From IMG/VR virus record IMGVR_UViG_3300011113_000123, positions 1 to 64,000 of that record: DNA of 64,000 nucleotides; one strand, 5' to 3'. Every line of letters begins with the position of its first letter. Position 1 is the stretch's first letter. The notes below the pieces were generated by a model. That model did not search any database. It was given only the letters and a program-made list of their open reading frames with translations, and was not told the origin of the DNA. The DNA is from a virus. This document shows positions 29,754-40,305 of the stretch, one piece after another. A program made the position numbers and the translations under genes.

Positions 29754-32078
29754 ATGGGTTTCCAAATTTCTCCAGGCGTTAATGTAAGTGAGATCGATCT
29801 CACAACAATTATCCCTGCCGTTTCAACCACGACTGGAGCGTTCGCAGGACATTTCAAGTGGGGTCCTGTTGGACAGCGCGTTTTGCTGGATTCAGAAGAT
29901 TCTCTAGTAAGAAACTTTAACATCCCAAACAGCAACGTTGCTTCAGACTTTTTTACAGCTGCAAACTTTCTTGCATATGGTAACTCTCTATATGTCGTTC
30001 GTGTTATTAACGAAAGCGGTGTAGCATCTTCGAACACTTCGCGTGGTAGAAACGCTACAACTGCTATCGGTAATACTAAAAACACGATCATTAAGAATGA
30101 AGACGATTATGAAAATAACTATTCGTCAGGTATTAGCAGTGTTGGTAGCTGGGTAGCGAAGTATCCTGGTCAACTAGGTAACAATCTTCGTATTTCAGTT
30201 TGCTTGACTGCAAACGCATACGAAAGTACCCTAAGCGGAACAGCTACTCGTGGTTATGCTCTTGGTGGAACATTCCTTTCTGCTGCTAACAGTGCACCAC
30301 TTGCAATTTCTGTATTCACAGTAACAACCAACTCAACAGGATTCCTTACAAGCCTTACAGCTAACACTAAGACTGTAGCGGTTTCTGCTAATCTTGTGAG
30401 CCAAATTAACACTGGTGATTATCTAATCTTTAGTACTCGCGGTGGAACAACACAAAGACAGGTTACAGCTCGTTCTTATTCAGGCGCTAACTCTACTACA
30501 CAGGCTGTATCTCTTACGCTTGCAGCAGGAGCTTCAAGAGCTGGATTTACAAACGGTACGATTGCTGTTACAGCAGTTAAGTATGGTTGGTATTCTCCTG
30601 GTGCTTATGGAACAGGAACGATCACGTTCTCGAACAATAGCACGACTGTAACATCAACAGCCAATATCGCAAGTAAACTTACAGTTGGCGATATTATTGT
30701 TGCTGGTCCAGATAGAACAATCGTAAAGGTTGGTTCTATTGCAGCTAACGGTCGTACTATTACTCTTCAGTCAAAGTATGTTGGTAATACAGCAACTCAG
30801 TCATTAACGAGCACAACTCGTCGCTGGGAATTCTTTGATTATGTTCCATCTGCTCCAGGAACTTCTGCAGAAGCCGCACGTTATGGCGGTTCTGGCGATG
30901 AAATGCATATCATCGTCGCAGACGAAGATGGTGGAATCACAGGAGTTGCTAATACAATTCTTGAAGTGTTCCCTAATCTTTCTAAGGCTTCGGGTGCTAG
31001 AGGTGAAGATGGCACAAATATTCACTACTACAGATATGTAAACAAAAACTCTCGTTGGGTATGGTGGGCTGCTCATATCTCTGGTATCGATGGTTCAAAG
31101 AACATCAATTCTGGATTCAACTGGGGTTCAGGTGCACAGTCTCGACCAGTTAACGCGAGCTTTGTACACGGTCGTGACGGCGCAGCACCCAGAGCAGCAG
31201 ATTATATCAACGGATACAACATGTTTAGATCAGCTGAATCTGTTGATGTGTCGTTGATTCTAGGTGGTGCTTCTGATACTACACGTGCTGTTCATATCAT
31301 CAATAACATCACCGAGTATCGTAAAGATTGTATTGCAGTCTTTTCACCACGTCAGGCAGACGTTGTAAATAACAGTGGATATGCTGGATCAGAAGTAGAA
31401 GATATCGTAGCGTTCCGTAATACGCTTCCTTCATCTTCATATGCTGTGTTGGATACAGGTTGGAAGTATCAGTACGATAAGTACAACGATATCTTCCGTT
31501 ATGTGCCTGCAAACGGCGATACGGCTGGTACAATGGTTCGTACAGATATCGAGCGCGATCCATGGTTCTCACCTGCTGGATATAATCGTGGTCAGATCAA
31601 GAACGTGATCAAGCTGGCCTTCAATCCAAACAAGAGCGAGCGTGATCAGCTTTACAAGAACGGCATCAATCCAATCACCACATTCCCAGGTGAAGGAACG
31701 ATTCTGTTCGGTGACAAGACGCTGCTGACTAAGCCATCAGCTTTCGACCGCATCAACGTTCGCCGTCTGTTTATCGTTCTTGAGAAGGCGATTGCAACTG
31801 CTGCTAAGTATACGCTGTTTGAGTTCAACGATGCGTTTACTCGTGCTCAGTTCAAGGCTCTCGTAGAACCATTCCTACGTGACGTTCAGGGTCGTCGTGG
31901 TATCACGGACTTCCGTGTAGTTTGCGACGAAACAAATAACACAGCAGAAGTCATTGACCGTAACGAGTTCATTGGTGACATTTACATCAAGCCAGCTCGC
32001 TCGATCAACTTCATCCAGCTGAACTTCGTAGCAGTTCGCACAGGTGTCGACTTCACTGAAATCGTAGGAAAGTTCTAA
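29754..32078 (+). CDS. gp18: Tail sheath protein gp18 (with insertion domains)
   Basis: SPGVNVSEIDLT, F.WGPV, PWFSPAGYNRG, FDRINVRRLF, IKPARSINFIQLNF. Confidence 0.96.
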   Translation: MGFQISPGVNVSEIDLTTIIPAVSTTTGAFAGHFKWGPVGQRVLLDSEDSLVRNFNIPNSNVASDFFTAANFLAYGNSLYVVRVINESGVASSNTSRGRNATTAIGNTKNTIIKNEDDYENNYSSGISSVGSWVAKYPGQLGNNLRISVCLTANAYESTLSGTATRGYALGGTFLSAANSAPLAISVFTVTTNSTGFLTSLTANTKTVAVSANLVSQINTGDYLIFSTRGGTTQRQVTARSYSGANSTTQAVSLTLAAGASRAGFTNGTIAVTAVKYGWYSPGAYGTGTITFSNNSTTVTSTANIASKLTVGDIIVAGPDRTIVKVGSIAANGRTITLQSKYVGNTATQSLTSTTRRWEFFDYVPSAPGTSAEAARYGGSGDEMHIIVADEDGGITGVANTILEVFPNLSKASGARGEDGTNIHYYRYVNKNSRWVWWAAHISGIDGSKNINSGFNWGSGAQSRPVNASFVHGRDGAAPRAADYINGYNMFRSAESVDVSLILGGASDTTRAVHIINNITEYRKDCIAVFSPRQADVVNNSGYAGSEVEDIVAFRNTLPSSSYAVLDTGWKYQYDKYNDIFRYVPANGDTAGTMVRTDIERDPWFSPAGYNRGQIKNVIKLAFNPNKSERDQLYKNGINPITTFPGEGTILFGDKTLLTKPSAFDRINVRRLFIVLEKAIATAAKYTLFEFNDAFTRAQFKALVEPFLRDVQGRRGITDFRVVCDETNNTAEVIDRNEFIGDIYIKPARSINFIQLNFVAVRTGVDFTEIVGKF

Positions 32079-32117
32079 TAGGCGAACTAAATACTAGAAA
32101 GGATAGGGAGAAAACAT

Positions 32118-32726
32118 ATGCCCTTTAATGTGTCAACATTCGCCGCAAGAGGACTACCATACGGAGGCGCAAGACCATCTCTTTTCGAGGTGTTCTTGAC
32201 GCTTCCGCCAGGAATTGCTGAACCTGCAGCTGAAGCGCAATTTACCTTCGTTTGTAAGGCTACATCACTTCCAACATCTACTGTAGGCGAAATTCAAGTA
32301 CCTTACTTTGGTCGTAAGGTAAAGATGGCTGGTAACCGCACGTTTGAAAACTGGCAGGTTACAGTAATGAACGACGAAGACTTCCTGGTTCGAAACGCTT
32401 TCGAACTGTGGAGCTCTTACATTAACTCTCACGAAAACAACCTTCGTGATCCATCAGTAATTACAGAGCAGGGTCTAGCATCTTATCGCACAACTGCTAC
32501 AGTACGTCACTATGCTAAGACGGGCGTCTTTGCTGGTGGCACTTCATCAGGCGATGCTGCTATTCCAACTCGTCAGTATACATTCGTGAACATTTTCCCA
32601 CTCAACGTTGGTAACATCGAACTGAACTGGGAAACAACTGATGCTATCGAAGAATTCACTGTAGAGTTTGCCTACGATTACTGGACTGTTGACGCCGACG
32701 TTAACGGTAGGGTGATCGATACCTAA
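32118..32726 (+). CDS. gp19: Tail tube protein gp19
   Basis: GGARPSLFEV, VPYFGRKVKMAGNRTFENW.VTVMNDEDF, IEEFTVEFAYDYW. Confidence 0.95.
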   Translation: MPFNVSTFAARGLPYGGARPSLFEVFLTLPPGIAEPAAEAQFTFVCKATSLPTSTVGEIQVPYFGRKVKMAGNRTFENWQVTVMNDEDFLVRNAFELWSSYINSHENNLRDPSVITEQGLASYRTTATVRHYAKTGVFAGGTSSGDAAIPTRQYTFVNIFPLNVGNIELNWETTDAIEEFTVEFAYDYWTVDADVNGRVIDT

Positions 32727-32767
32727 TTGGTCGCCGATTCGTTATAAATTAAATTGAAGGAACATAA

Positions 32768-34567
32768 ATGGCGATCGAATTATTTGGCTTCCGCATTGGA
32801 GGGAACGATGACGCTGCTGAAAAGCAAGCGATTCAAGTCCCTTCATTTGCTCCACCTCCTAATACAGACGGCGCGATGGAAGTCGCGCCTGGTGGCGCAT
32901 ACGGCACATACGTTGATCTAGAAGGCACAGCTAAGAACGAAGCAGAACTCGTAACTCGATACAGAGAAATGTCAATGTATCCTGAGTGCGAGTCTGCGAT
33001 CGATGACGTCGTGAACGAAGCTATCATTTCGAACGAACATGATGATCCAGTTTCACTCAATCTTGATAAGTTAGAACAACCTGAGAGCGTAAAGAAACGC
33101 ATTCAGGAAGAGTTCAAAGAAGTGCTAACGCTTCTTGATTTCAATAACATGGCTTATGAAATCTTCCGTCGTTGGTATATCGACGGGCGTTTGTTCTATC
33201 ATATCATGATCGACACGAAGCAGCCACGCAAGGGCATTCAGGAGCTTCGTTACATCGATCCTCGCCGTATCCGTAAGATTCGTCAGCCGCTTAAGAGAAC
33301 ACCAGTTGTTGGTCAAAACTCTAAGTTGATTGCTCCTGCATACGAAGAGTATTTCCTATTCAATCCAGCAGGTCTTTCATCTGGTACGCTTACACAGGGC
33401 GTAAAGATTTCGAAGGACGCTATCTGTTATACTCACAGCGGTTTGCTCGACGCTCGTAACCGCATGGTTCTGTCGCATCTTCACAAAGCGATCAAGCCAC
33501 TTAACCAGTTGCGTATGCTCGAAGACGCGGTAGTTATCTATCGTCTCGCGCGCGCACCCGAGCGTCGTATCTTCTACATTGACGTTGGTAATCTTCCCAA
33601 AGCAAAAGCTGAACAGTATGTTCGAGACATGATGGTTCGTCATAAGAATCGTCTGGTCTACGATGCGAACAACGGCGAAATCAAAGACGCTCGTAAGTTC
33701 ATGACTATGCTTGAGGATTATTGGCTCCCACGCCGCGAGGGTGGACGTGGTACGGAAATTACCACGCTGCCTGGCGGTGAGAATCTTGGGCAGATGGATG
33801 ACGTAGATTACTTCCGTAAGAAGCTCTACAAGTCTCTGTCCGTTCCTATATCGCGCCTTGAACCAGATGGTCAGTTTTCGCTTGGTCGTCAAGGTGAAAT
33901 CACGCGCGACGAAGTAAAGTATGCTAAGTTCATCGAGCGCCTGCGCGATCGTTTTACACATCTGTTCGACAATCTACTTGAGATTCAGCTTCTACTCAAG
34001 GGTGTAATGACCCGTGAAGAGTGGAAGCAAATGAAGAATGATATCAAGTATGATTTCCAGCGTGATAACTACTATGCTGAAATCAAAGAACAGGACATGT
34101 TGAACAATCGACTTGCTGTTCTTGGTATTGTTGACGCATACGTTGGTAAATATTACTCAGTCGAGTGGATCCGCAAGAACGTTCTTCGTCAGACAGAAGA
34201 CGAGATGAAAGAGATGGATCAGCAGATGGCTGCGGAAGGTGAGGTACAAGCCGCAGCCGATGAAGAGCAAGCACAAACTCAAATGCAGCAACAACAGATG
34301 CAGCAAGACGCTGAAATGAATTCTGCTAACAATCAGGCTAAGCAAGCTCAAAAAGAAAAGTCTACTCCGCAGAAACTTGAAATCAAAGTCAAGCACGAAG
34401 TTCCTGGCGCAAAGAAAGTAGCAACGAAGGAAGAAACTGTTCCATTCGTACCAAAGGCGCTTACGGAAGATGACAAGAAACTCATTGAAAGCATCACTCG
34501 TGCTATCGAGAAAGTTTCTAAAGAAGACATTAACGATGCTGAAGAAGAGATCAAGGATGCTATCTAA
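32768..34567 (+). CDS. gp20: Portal protein gp20
   Basis: [56 protein letters not shown]; Q-rich C-terminal extension. Confidence 0.96.
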   Translation: MAIELFGFRIGGNDDAAEKQAIQVPSFAPPPNTDGAMEVAPGGAYGTYVDLEGTAKNEAELVTRYREMSMYPECESAIDDVVNEAIISNEHDDPVSLNLDKLEQPESVKKRIQEEFKEVLTLLDFNNMAYEIFRRWYIDGRLFYHIMIDTKQPRKGIQELRYIDPRRIRKIRQPLKRTPVVGQNSKLIAPAYEEYFLFNPAGLSSGTLTQGVKISKDAICYTHSGLLDARNRMVLSHLHKAIKPLNQLRMLEDAVVIYRLARAPERRIFYIDVGNLPKAKAEQYVRDMMVRHKNRLVYDANNGEIKDARKFMTMLEDYWLPRREGGRGTEITTLPGGENLGQMDDVDYFRKKLYKSLSVPISRLEPDGQFSLGRQGEITRDEVKYAKFIERLRDRFTHLFDNLLEIQLLLKGVMTREEWKQMKNDIKYDFQRDNYYAEIKEQDMLNNRLAVLGIVDAYVGKYYSVEWIRKNVLRQTEDEMKEMDQQMAAEGEVQAAADEEQAQTQMQQQQMQQDAEMNSANNQAKQAQKEKSTPQKLEIKVKHEVPGAKKVATKEETVPFVPKALTEDDKKLIESITRAIEKVSKEDINDAEEEIKDAI

Positions 34568-34569
34568 CA

Positions 34570-35415
34570 ATGAAGGAACTAGAAAAGGCGCAGATTCTAT
34601 CCATAGCCGCTAAGTTCGCTAAGGCGGAAGCGGATGAACTGCGTCGTTCGTTCCTTGAGAATAGTTTCTCTGAAGTAGATAAAGCTAAACTCCTTTCTAT
34701 CGCGTCAAAGTTCGCCAAGCAAGAAGCGAACGAAATCAAGCGCGAAATCCTAGAACAGATCAAAACTCTCTCAGAGTCTAACGGTGTGTTAGAGCTGAAA
34801 GAAGTTCGTTTGCGTGGACCAGCAGGAAAGCAAGGTCTACGTGGCGAAATTGGTCCTCAGGGTCTCACAGGTCTTAAAGGTGACAAGGGTGATCTTGGTG
34901 AACAAGGTCCAGCTGGTCTTATGGGTCTGCGTGGTCCAAAGGGTGAAAAAGGAGATAAGGGTCAACCAGGTGAACGTGGGCCGATGGGCCCTGCTGGTCC
35001 AGCAGCAGATATCAGCCCGCTAGAAAAGAAACTAGATCAGTTCATCGAAGCAGCAGAAAAGCGTATCTCACGTATCGCGTTCTCAGCAGCTATGGGTATG
35101 GGTCGCAGCCCAGGATCTGGTGAAGTCAATCTTAAGAAACTCGATGACGTTGATTACAGCAGCTTGAGATCAGCGGCTAATGGTCAGGTGCTGATCTATA
35201 ACTCGTCAACAGGTAAGTGGCAAGCTGGAAATGCCAGCGGAACTTCGTCTAATACAATCGCCACAGTTTCTACTGCGCAGTTTGGTAGTCTCGACGAAAA
35301 CGATACAGTCGTTATTGGTGTAACTGGTGGAGTCATTACATCTAACACTGTAGGAACGTTGCTTACGCTTATCAGTGATCTCCAAGCTCGCGTAGCCGCG
35401 CTGGAAAATCCATGA
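34570..35415 (+). CDS. Collagen-like fibre protein
   Basis: 21 uninterrupted Gly-X-Y triplets; duplicated N-terminal helix ([13 protein letters not shown] / [13 protein letters not shown]); [14 protein letters not shown] fibre motif. Confidence 0.8.
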   Translation: MKELEKAQILSIAAKFAKAEADELRRSFLENSFSEVDKAKLLSIASKFAKQEANEIKREILEQIKTLSESNGVLELKEVRLRGPAGKQGLRGEIGPQGLTGLKGDKGDLGEQGPAGLMGLRGPKGEKGDKGQPGERGPMGPAGPAADISPLEKKLDQFIEAAEKRISRIAFSAAMGMGRSPGSGEVNLKKLDDVDYSSLRSAANGQVLIYNSSTGKWQAGNASGTSSNTIATVSTAQFGSLDENDTVVIGVTGGVITSNTVGTLLTLISDLQARVAALENP

Positions 35416-36329
35416 CGATAACGGTTACAGTTTCCAACACAACATTCACACAGCTAAGAAGCAAAGTCAATGAAGTCATTGGCGTTGTGAATACGCTTGG
35501 GACTGGAAACGTTTCCAACACATATTTGCAAGCAACATTTGCGACTAAGGCTTATGCAGCTTCTAATACAGCTGTAAGATTGTTAATCAGTGATCGTGTG
35601 CAGGTATCTAACGCGGCAGCAACATATCAAACAAAAGCCGTCGAACGCGCAGCGTTAGCTAACACAAACTCTTTTATCGCAACTCGTGCGACATGGAGTG
35701 CTGTTACTGGTACTAATACAGCTCTTCGTATACTTATCAGCGATAGAATTCAAGTAGCCAACGTCGCAGCTAGATACGCTACGAAAGCATATGCAGCTTC
35801 TAACGCATACGTCAAATTAGTATTAGCTAACACTAACGCATATATTGCTGCTGTAGCCGCGTCATCTGGTGGAGGCAATGGGGTAATACTGACTAGTCTT
35901 TCATCTAGTCTTATTCCATCATCTAATGTTAACTTTGACCTTGGTAGCCCTACTAAGAGATGGCGTTCGCTTTATCTGTCTAACAACACGATCTATCTTG
36001 GTACAGCAAGAATCACGGTTGGTACTAACAACAACATCGTATTCATTGCAAACAATCAACCCGCTAGAATTGAAGCTGCTCAGCTCGTTGTTACAGCAAA
36101 TACGCCTAGCTCGTTTGAAAGCCTTACGATCACGAATCTCGTATTGAACAACGTTCTCGGAACTCAGTACGGTGGCACGGGTAAGTCTTCATTGACACAG
36201 AACGGTGTGATGTACGCTTCTAACAGTACAGCATTCGCTTTTGCAACAGGATCTAATGGTAAGATTATGCAGATTGGTTCTAATGGCGTTCCTAAGTTTG
36301 ACGATGTGGATGGAGGTTCATTTCCGTAA
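35412..36329 (+). CDS. Fibre protein with shared LISDRxQV repeats
   Basis: [18 protein letters not shown] repeats; [14 protein letters not shown]; YGGTG; ends DGGSF. Confidence 0.7.
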   Translation: MTITVTVSNTTFTQLRSKVNEVIGVVNTLGTGNVSNTYLQATFATKAYAASNTAVRLLISDRVQVSNAAATYQTKAVERAALANTNSFIATRATWSAVTGTNTALRILISDRIQVANVAARYATKAYAASNAYVKLVLANTNAYIAAVAASSGGGNGVILTSLSSSLIPSSNVNFDLGSPTKRWRSLYLSNNTIYLGTARITVGTNNNIVFIANNQPARIEAAQLVVTANTPSSFESLTITNLVLNNVLGTQYGGTGKSSLTQNGVMYASNSTAFAFATGSNGKIMQIGSNGVPKFDDVDGGSFP

Positions 36330-36601
36330 TGTCAGACGGTTATGTTTATGATAAATCTGTAGAAATGGTTGCGCTGAATCAGTATATGGAACAGCAGCAA
36401 GAACAAATCAACGTGTTACAGCAAGAGCTACTATTACTGAAGACCAAGAACGCCATGCTAGAAAAAGAGCTAGCCGAAGTCAAAAGTATAAATAGCGATT
36501 ATAAAGACCAAATAAGAAACCTGACCGCTGTAAAACAAAGGAAAACTTTAAGCAGCAATTTGTCAGCCAACAGAGGTATAAGAAATGCCATCGGTAATTA
36601 A
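36329..36601 (+). CDS. Small coiled-coil protein
   Basis: Heptad-rich QQQEQINVLQQELLLLKTKNAMLEKEL; translationally coupled. Confidence 0.6.
   Translation: MSDGYVYDKSVEMVALNQYMEQQQEQINVLQQELLLLKTKNAMLEKELAEVKSINSDYKDQIRNLTAVKQRKTLSSNLSANRGIRNAIGN
36487..36494 (+). promoter_or_regulatory. Late promoter TATAAATA (intragenic) upstream of 36585 fibre gene
   Basis: Exact consensus about 90 nt before next start. Confidence 0.55.
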
Positions 36602-37628
36602 AATCAAAAGAAGCACGACGCCTGGATCTGCGCCGTCATCTCTGGCCGCTGGTGAAATCGCCGTCAACATTCCCGATCGTTTGCTGTTCGTAGGCGATGG
36701 TTCTTCGATCTATCGTATTGGCGCTCAGTATCTTTCAGTTGCTAACGCAGCTTCTATCTATCAAACCAAAACGGTTGAGCGTGCTGCTCTCGCTAATACC
36801 AATGCCTTCATTGCAACGAAACTTAATACGACTACGTTCAATTCTGCATTGGCGAATACGAACTCATACATTGCTACTCAAGCAAGTCGTATTACGCTTG
36901 TTAACACCAATCTTACAGGAACAAACACTGCGCTTCGTACGCTTATCAGCGATCGTCTGCAAGTTGCCAACGCAGCCACTCTGTATGCTACGAAAGTAAG
37001 CCCAACGACTTCAGGTGTTCTTGCTCATACAGGTCGTGCTACAATCAGCACCAATCTAACTGTATCTGGTAATACAACAGTTGTAGGTCTTAGAGCTAAC
37101 AACTCTCTTGGTACAGCAGGTCAAGTTCTTAAAACTAACGGAACCTCTGCATATTGGGATGCTATTGGTTCGCAAACTCAGTATCTGCAAGTTTCTAACG
37201 CTAACGCAACATTCGCTACAAAATCTAATCCATCGACTTCAGGTTTCTTCAACCACACCGGCCGTTTATCTATTGGCACAAACCTTGCTGTTTCTGGTAA
37301 CACTCGAATCAGCGGTTCAACAATCATCGATGGCGATCTAACAGTTGAAGGTGGTGTAACATACATTTCATCTTCGACACTGAACGTAGATGACTCGCTG
37401 ATCAAACTTTCTTCTAACAACGCAGCTGACATTGTAGATACAGGTTTCTATAGTAAGTATGTCGCTTCAGCTACAACTAAGTATGCTGGTGTATTTCGTG
37501 ATGCTACAGATGGTATCTTTAAGGTGTTCTCTGAATCACAAGCTGAACCAACAACGACCGTTAACGTAGCAGCCACAGGATATGCTCTAGCGCAACTTGA
37601 TGCTATTATTGACGGCGGAACTTACTAA
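36585..37628 (+). CDS. Fibre protein with IKIKRS..GE.AVN N-terminal domain
   Basis: MPSVIKIKRSTTPGSAPSSLAAGEIAVN; shared repeats; ends IDGGTY. Confidence 0.75.
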   Translation: MPSVIKIKRSTTPGSAPSSLAAGEIAVNIPDRLLFVGDGSSIYRIGAQYLSVANAASIYQTKTVERAALANTNAFIATKLNTTTFNSALANTNSYIATQASRITLVNTNLTGTNTALRTLISDRLQVANAATLYATKVSPTTSGVLAHTGRATISTNLTVSGNTTVVGLRANNSLGTAGQVLKTNGTSAYWDAIGSQTQYLQVSNANATFATKSNPSTSGFFNHTGRLSIGTNLAVSGNTRISGSTIIDGDLTVEGGVTYISSSTLNVDDSLIKLSSNNAADIVDTGFYSKYVASATTKYAGVFRDATDGIFKVFSESQAEPTTTVNVAATGYALAQLDAIIDGGTY

Positions 37629-37641
37629 CTAATTATTGCAC

Positions 37642-37676
37642 AGATGAGCGACAAGGTTTCGCTCATCTTTCCTTTC
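37642..37676 (+). terminator. Putative intrinsic terminator
   Basis: AGATGAGCGA-caaggtt-TCGCTCATCT 10-bp stem followed by TTCCTTTC. Confidence 0.6.
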
Positions 37677-37688
37677 TAGGAGTTTATT

Positions 37689-39506
37689 GTGCCATCTACT
37701 ATTCGAATCAAGCGCAGCTCTGTCGCTGGTAAGAAACCAACGACATCTGACATTTCTACTGGCGAGCTTGCTCTAAACACAAAAGACTTCAAGCTCTTTT
37801 CTTCCAACGGTACTGCAATATTTGAGCTTGCTAATGCTAGTGCGTTAGCGAATACGAACAGTCGCATTGGTTTGCTCAATACGAATCTAACGGGCACAAA
37901 CACTGCTCTTCGTACGCTCATCAATGCTCGTTTGCAAGTATCTAACGCAACAACATTGCTTGCTGCGAAAGCATCATGGGCTGGATTAACTTCTACCAAT
38001 ACTGCGCTTCGTACGCTCATCAGCGATCGACTTCAAGTCGCAAACGCTGCAGCGACCTATCAAACAAGAGCCATTGAACGTGCAGCTCTAGCTAATACCA
38101 ACTCTTCGATTGCTACTCAAGCAACTCGCGTAACTTTGGTCAACACCAATCTTACTGGTACGAACACTGCGCTGCGTACTCTAATTAATGCTCGTCTGCA
38201 AGTATCTAACGCTACCACGTTACTTGCATCAAAAGCATCATGGGCTGGATTAACAGCTACTAATACAGCACTAAGAACTCTTATCAGTGATCGTTTGCAA
38301 GTTGCGAATGCTTCTGCCATATATGCACCAAAAGCGAGCCCGACGTTTACTGGTACAGTAAGCGCGCCTGTTATTTCAGTAACACAATCATCTGGTGATG
38401 AAGGTGGACAAATCGATTTGGCTATTGCTGCTACTAACACCACATTAACAGGTGGGGTTGCGATCGACATATATCAAAATAGACTTAGGATTTTTGAGAA
38501 AGGTGGCACTAATCGTGGTGCATACATTGATCTCACTGCTGCAACCGCAGGTGTAGGATCTAATCTTTTGTCTGGCGGTGGTGGTGGTGGTACAATCACA
38601 CTAACGAAAACTGCAATCAAAGATCTAACTCAAAACGATCAAGTTGTTACTAACGTTAGTTCAGGCGTTTATGCAAACACTGTAGTTGATAATTCGTTAT
38701 TGAATTTAAGAGCAACGTGGGCTGGATTAACAGCTACTAATACAGCACTAAGAACTCTTATCAGTGATCGTTTGCAAGTTTCTAACGCAGCAACATTGTA
38801 TGCTACGAAATCAAATCCTGCCACATCTGGAGTATTAGCGCATACAGGTCGTGCTACAATCAGCACCAATCTAACTGTGTCTGGCAACACTACTTCGGGT
38901 CGTTATATTTTACCAAGTACAGGGGTTTCGGCTCGTAACAACGGAGCTGACGGATGGATGTTTGAAGGCACTGGATATGTCTATCACAACCAATCTGGAC
39001 CAACATATTCTCAAACAAGAATCATCGCGCGTGCTGGTATCAGCGATGATACTAACCAAACTCTAACTTTATTTGGCGGAGTCAACGGTTCTACGACAAT
39101 CAACGGTCTTCTTGCAGCCGCAGGTAGAGCTACGATTGGTACGAATCTAACTGTATCAGGAAATACAACGCTTAATGGTACGACCACAGATAACTCCAAT
39201 GCGCTATCTCAAACGCTGACAGATGCAGCAACCATCGCTTGGAACACGGCTTCAGGACGCGTCGCTAGCGTAACTCTGACTGCTTCTCGTACCATGGGTG
39301 CTCCTACTAATTTAAAGATAGGAACTTACATTCTGAACGTAATTCAAGGTGGCACAGGGAGTTATGGTATCACATGGAACTCTGTGTTCAAGTGGCCTGC
39401 TGGTGTAGCTCCCTCACTCAGCACAGCAGTAGGTGCTAGAGATTTGTTCACATTTTATTCTGACGGAACGAACCTTTACGGATCTTATCTGCCAGACGTT
39501 AAGTGA
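37689..39506 (+). CDS. Long fibre protein with IRIKRS..GELALN N-terminus and C-terminal domain shared with 10052..10762
   Basis: Multiple NTALRTLI(S/N)xRLQV repeats; C-terminus LTDAATIAWN...YGSYLPDVK. Confidence 0.78.
   Translation: MPSTIRIKRSSVAGKKPTTSDISTGELALNTKDFKLFSSNGTAIFELANASALANTNSRIGLLNTNLTGTNTALRTLINARLQVSNATTLLAAKASWAGLTSTNTALRTLISDRLQVANAAATYQTRAIERAALANTNSSIATQATRVTLVNTNLTGTNTALRTLINARLQVSNATTLLASKASWAGLTATNTALRTLISDRLQVANASAIYAPKASPTFTGTVSAPVISVTQSSGDEGGQIDLAIAATNTTLTGGVAIDIYQNRLRIFEKGGTNRGAYIDLTAATAGVGSNLLSGGGGGGTITLTKTAIKDLTQNDQVVTNVSSGVYANTVVDNSLLNLRATWAGLTATNTALRTLISDRLQVSNAATLYATKSNPATSGVLAHTGRATISTNLTVSGNTTSGRYILPSTGVSARNNGADGWMFEGTGYVYHNQSGPTYSQTRIIARAGISDDTNQTLTLFGGVNGSTTINGLLAAAGRATIGTNLTVSGNTTLNGTTTDNSNALSQTLTDAATIAWNTASGRVASVTLTASRTMGAPTNLKIGTYILNVIQGGTGSYGITWNSVFKWPAGVAPSLSTAVGARDLFTFYSDGTNLYGSYLPDVK
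38241..38780 (+). repeat. Exact 63-bp direct repeat (38241-38303 and 38718-38780)
   Basis: tgggctggattaacagctactaatacagcactaagaactcttatcagtgatcgtttgcaagtt occurs twice. Confidence 0.9.
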
Positions 39507-39509
39507 TTT

Positions 39510-39517
39510 TATAAATA
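39510..39517 (+). promoter_or_regulatory. Late promoter TATAAATA upstream of prohead core genes
   Basis: Exact consensus, intergenic. Confidence 0.85.
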
Positions 39518-39542
39518 GATTCACAAGATTAAGGACTTCACT

Positions 39543-39740
39543 ATGGAACAGATTTACACAGCAATTCACTCAGCAGCCGAACAAGACGCGAACAGATTCC
39601 GCGACGCTATTGGTGCTGCTCTGAGTGCTAAGATTGCAGATGCCCTTGAGCTAAAGAAAATAGAAATCGCAGCTAGTATGTTAGCTCCACAAGAAGAGCA
39701 CTCAGCAGATCAGGAGATCGATACAGATGAAGACGTTTAA
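39543..39740 (+). CDS. Prohead core protein (gp67-like)
   Basis: Small acidic helical protein (KIADALELKKIEIAASM); position before gp21. Confidence 0.6.
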   Translation: MEQIYTAIHSAAEQDANRFRDAIGAALSAKIADALELKKIEIAASMLAPQEEHSADQEIDTDEDV

Positions 39741-40305
39741 ACAACTGCGAGAAGCCTTCAAGAAGGAAGAAAACCCAGAAGCTAAGGCTCTTCGTCCACG
39801 TGCACAAGGCGAAAAAGATTTCTATGACTCGCACACGCGTGAGGTAACAGACTATCCAGTAAAGAGCGCTGGTAGGGAAATGAAGCAAGGCGACCATCAT
39901 CCAGAAAATGGTGATCGTTCTCCCATTCAGCAGGGTACATCAAAGCTAGCCGATAAGTCAGGATTCAAGGGAAGCAAGACGCCACTCACTCGCGCTGACA
40001 AAACTCAGGGTGATTTCAAGCCACTCAAGATTTCTCCTTCTGCTGTTAAAGTTCCTGGATTCGCAGAATCAGTTTTCGTTAGTCGCCCTATCATCAACGA
40101 ATCAGATGAAGACGTTATGGAGTTCGAACTTCTTAACGGCGACGTAATTGAAATCAACGCTGACATCTATAACGCAGTGCACGAAGTGTATCATAATCTG
40201 AGCACAGGTAATCAAGTCGTATTCAGATCTGCTGTTAACGAGAGCGCCGATTCATTTGAGCGCATCCTCGATTTCGTTGCTGAAGTAATGAGCGAGGATC
40301 AATAA
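39727..40305 (+). CDS. Prohead core / internal head protein (gp68-like position)
   Basis: MKTFKQLRE N-terminus resembles T4-like internal head protein leaders; synteny. Confidence 0.5.
   Translation: MKTFKQLREAFKKEENPEAKALRPRAQGEKDFYDSHTREVTDYPVKSAGREMKQGDHHPENGDRSPIQQGTSKLADKSGFKGSKTPLTRADKTQGDFKPLKISPSAVKVPGFAESVFVSRPIINESDEDVMEFELLNGDVIEINADIYNAVHEVYHNLSTGNQVVFRSAVNESADSFERILDFVAEVMSEDQ

Noticed and set aside
36585-39506. Possible diversity-generating retroelement suggested by Mtd-like N-termini and paralogous tips
   Set aside because: No reverse transcriptase in the window; paralogous regions differ at all base types, not only adenines
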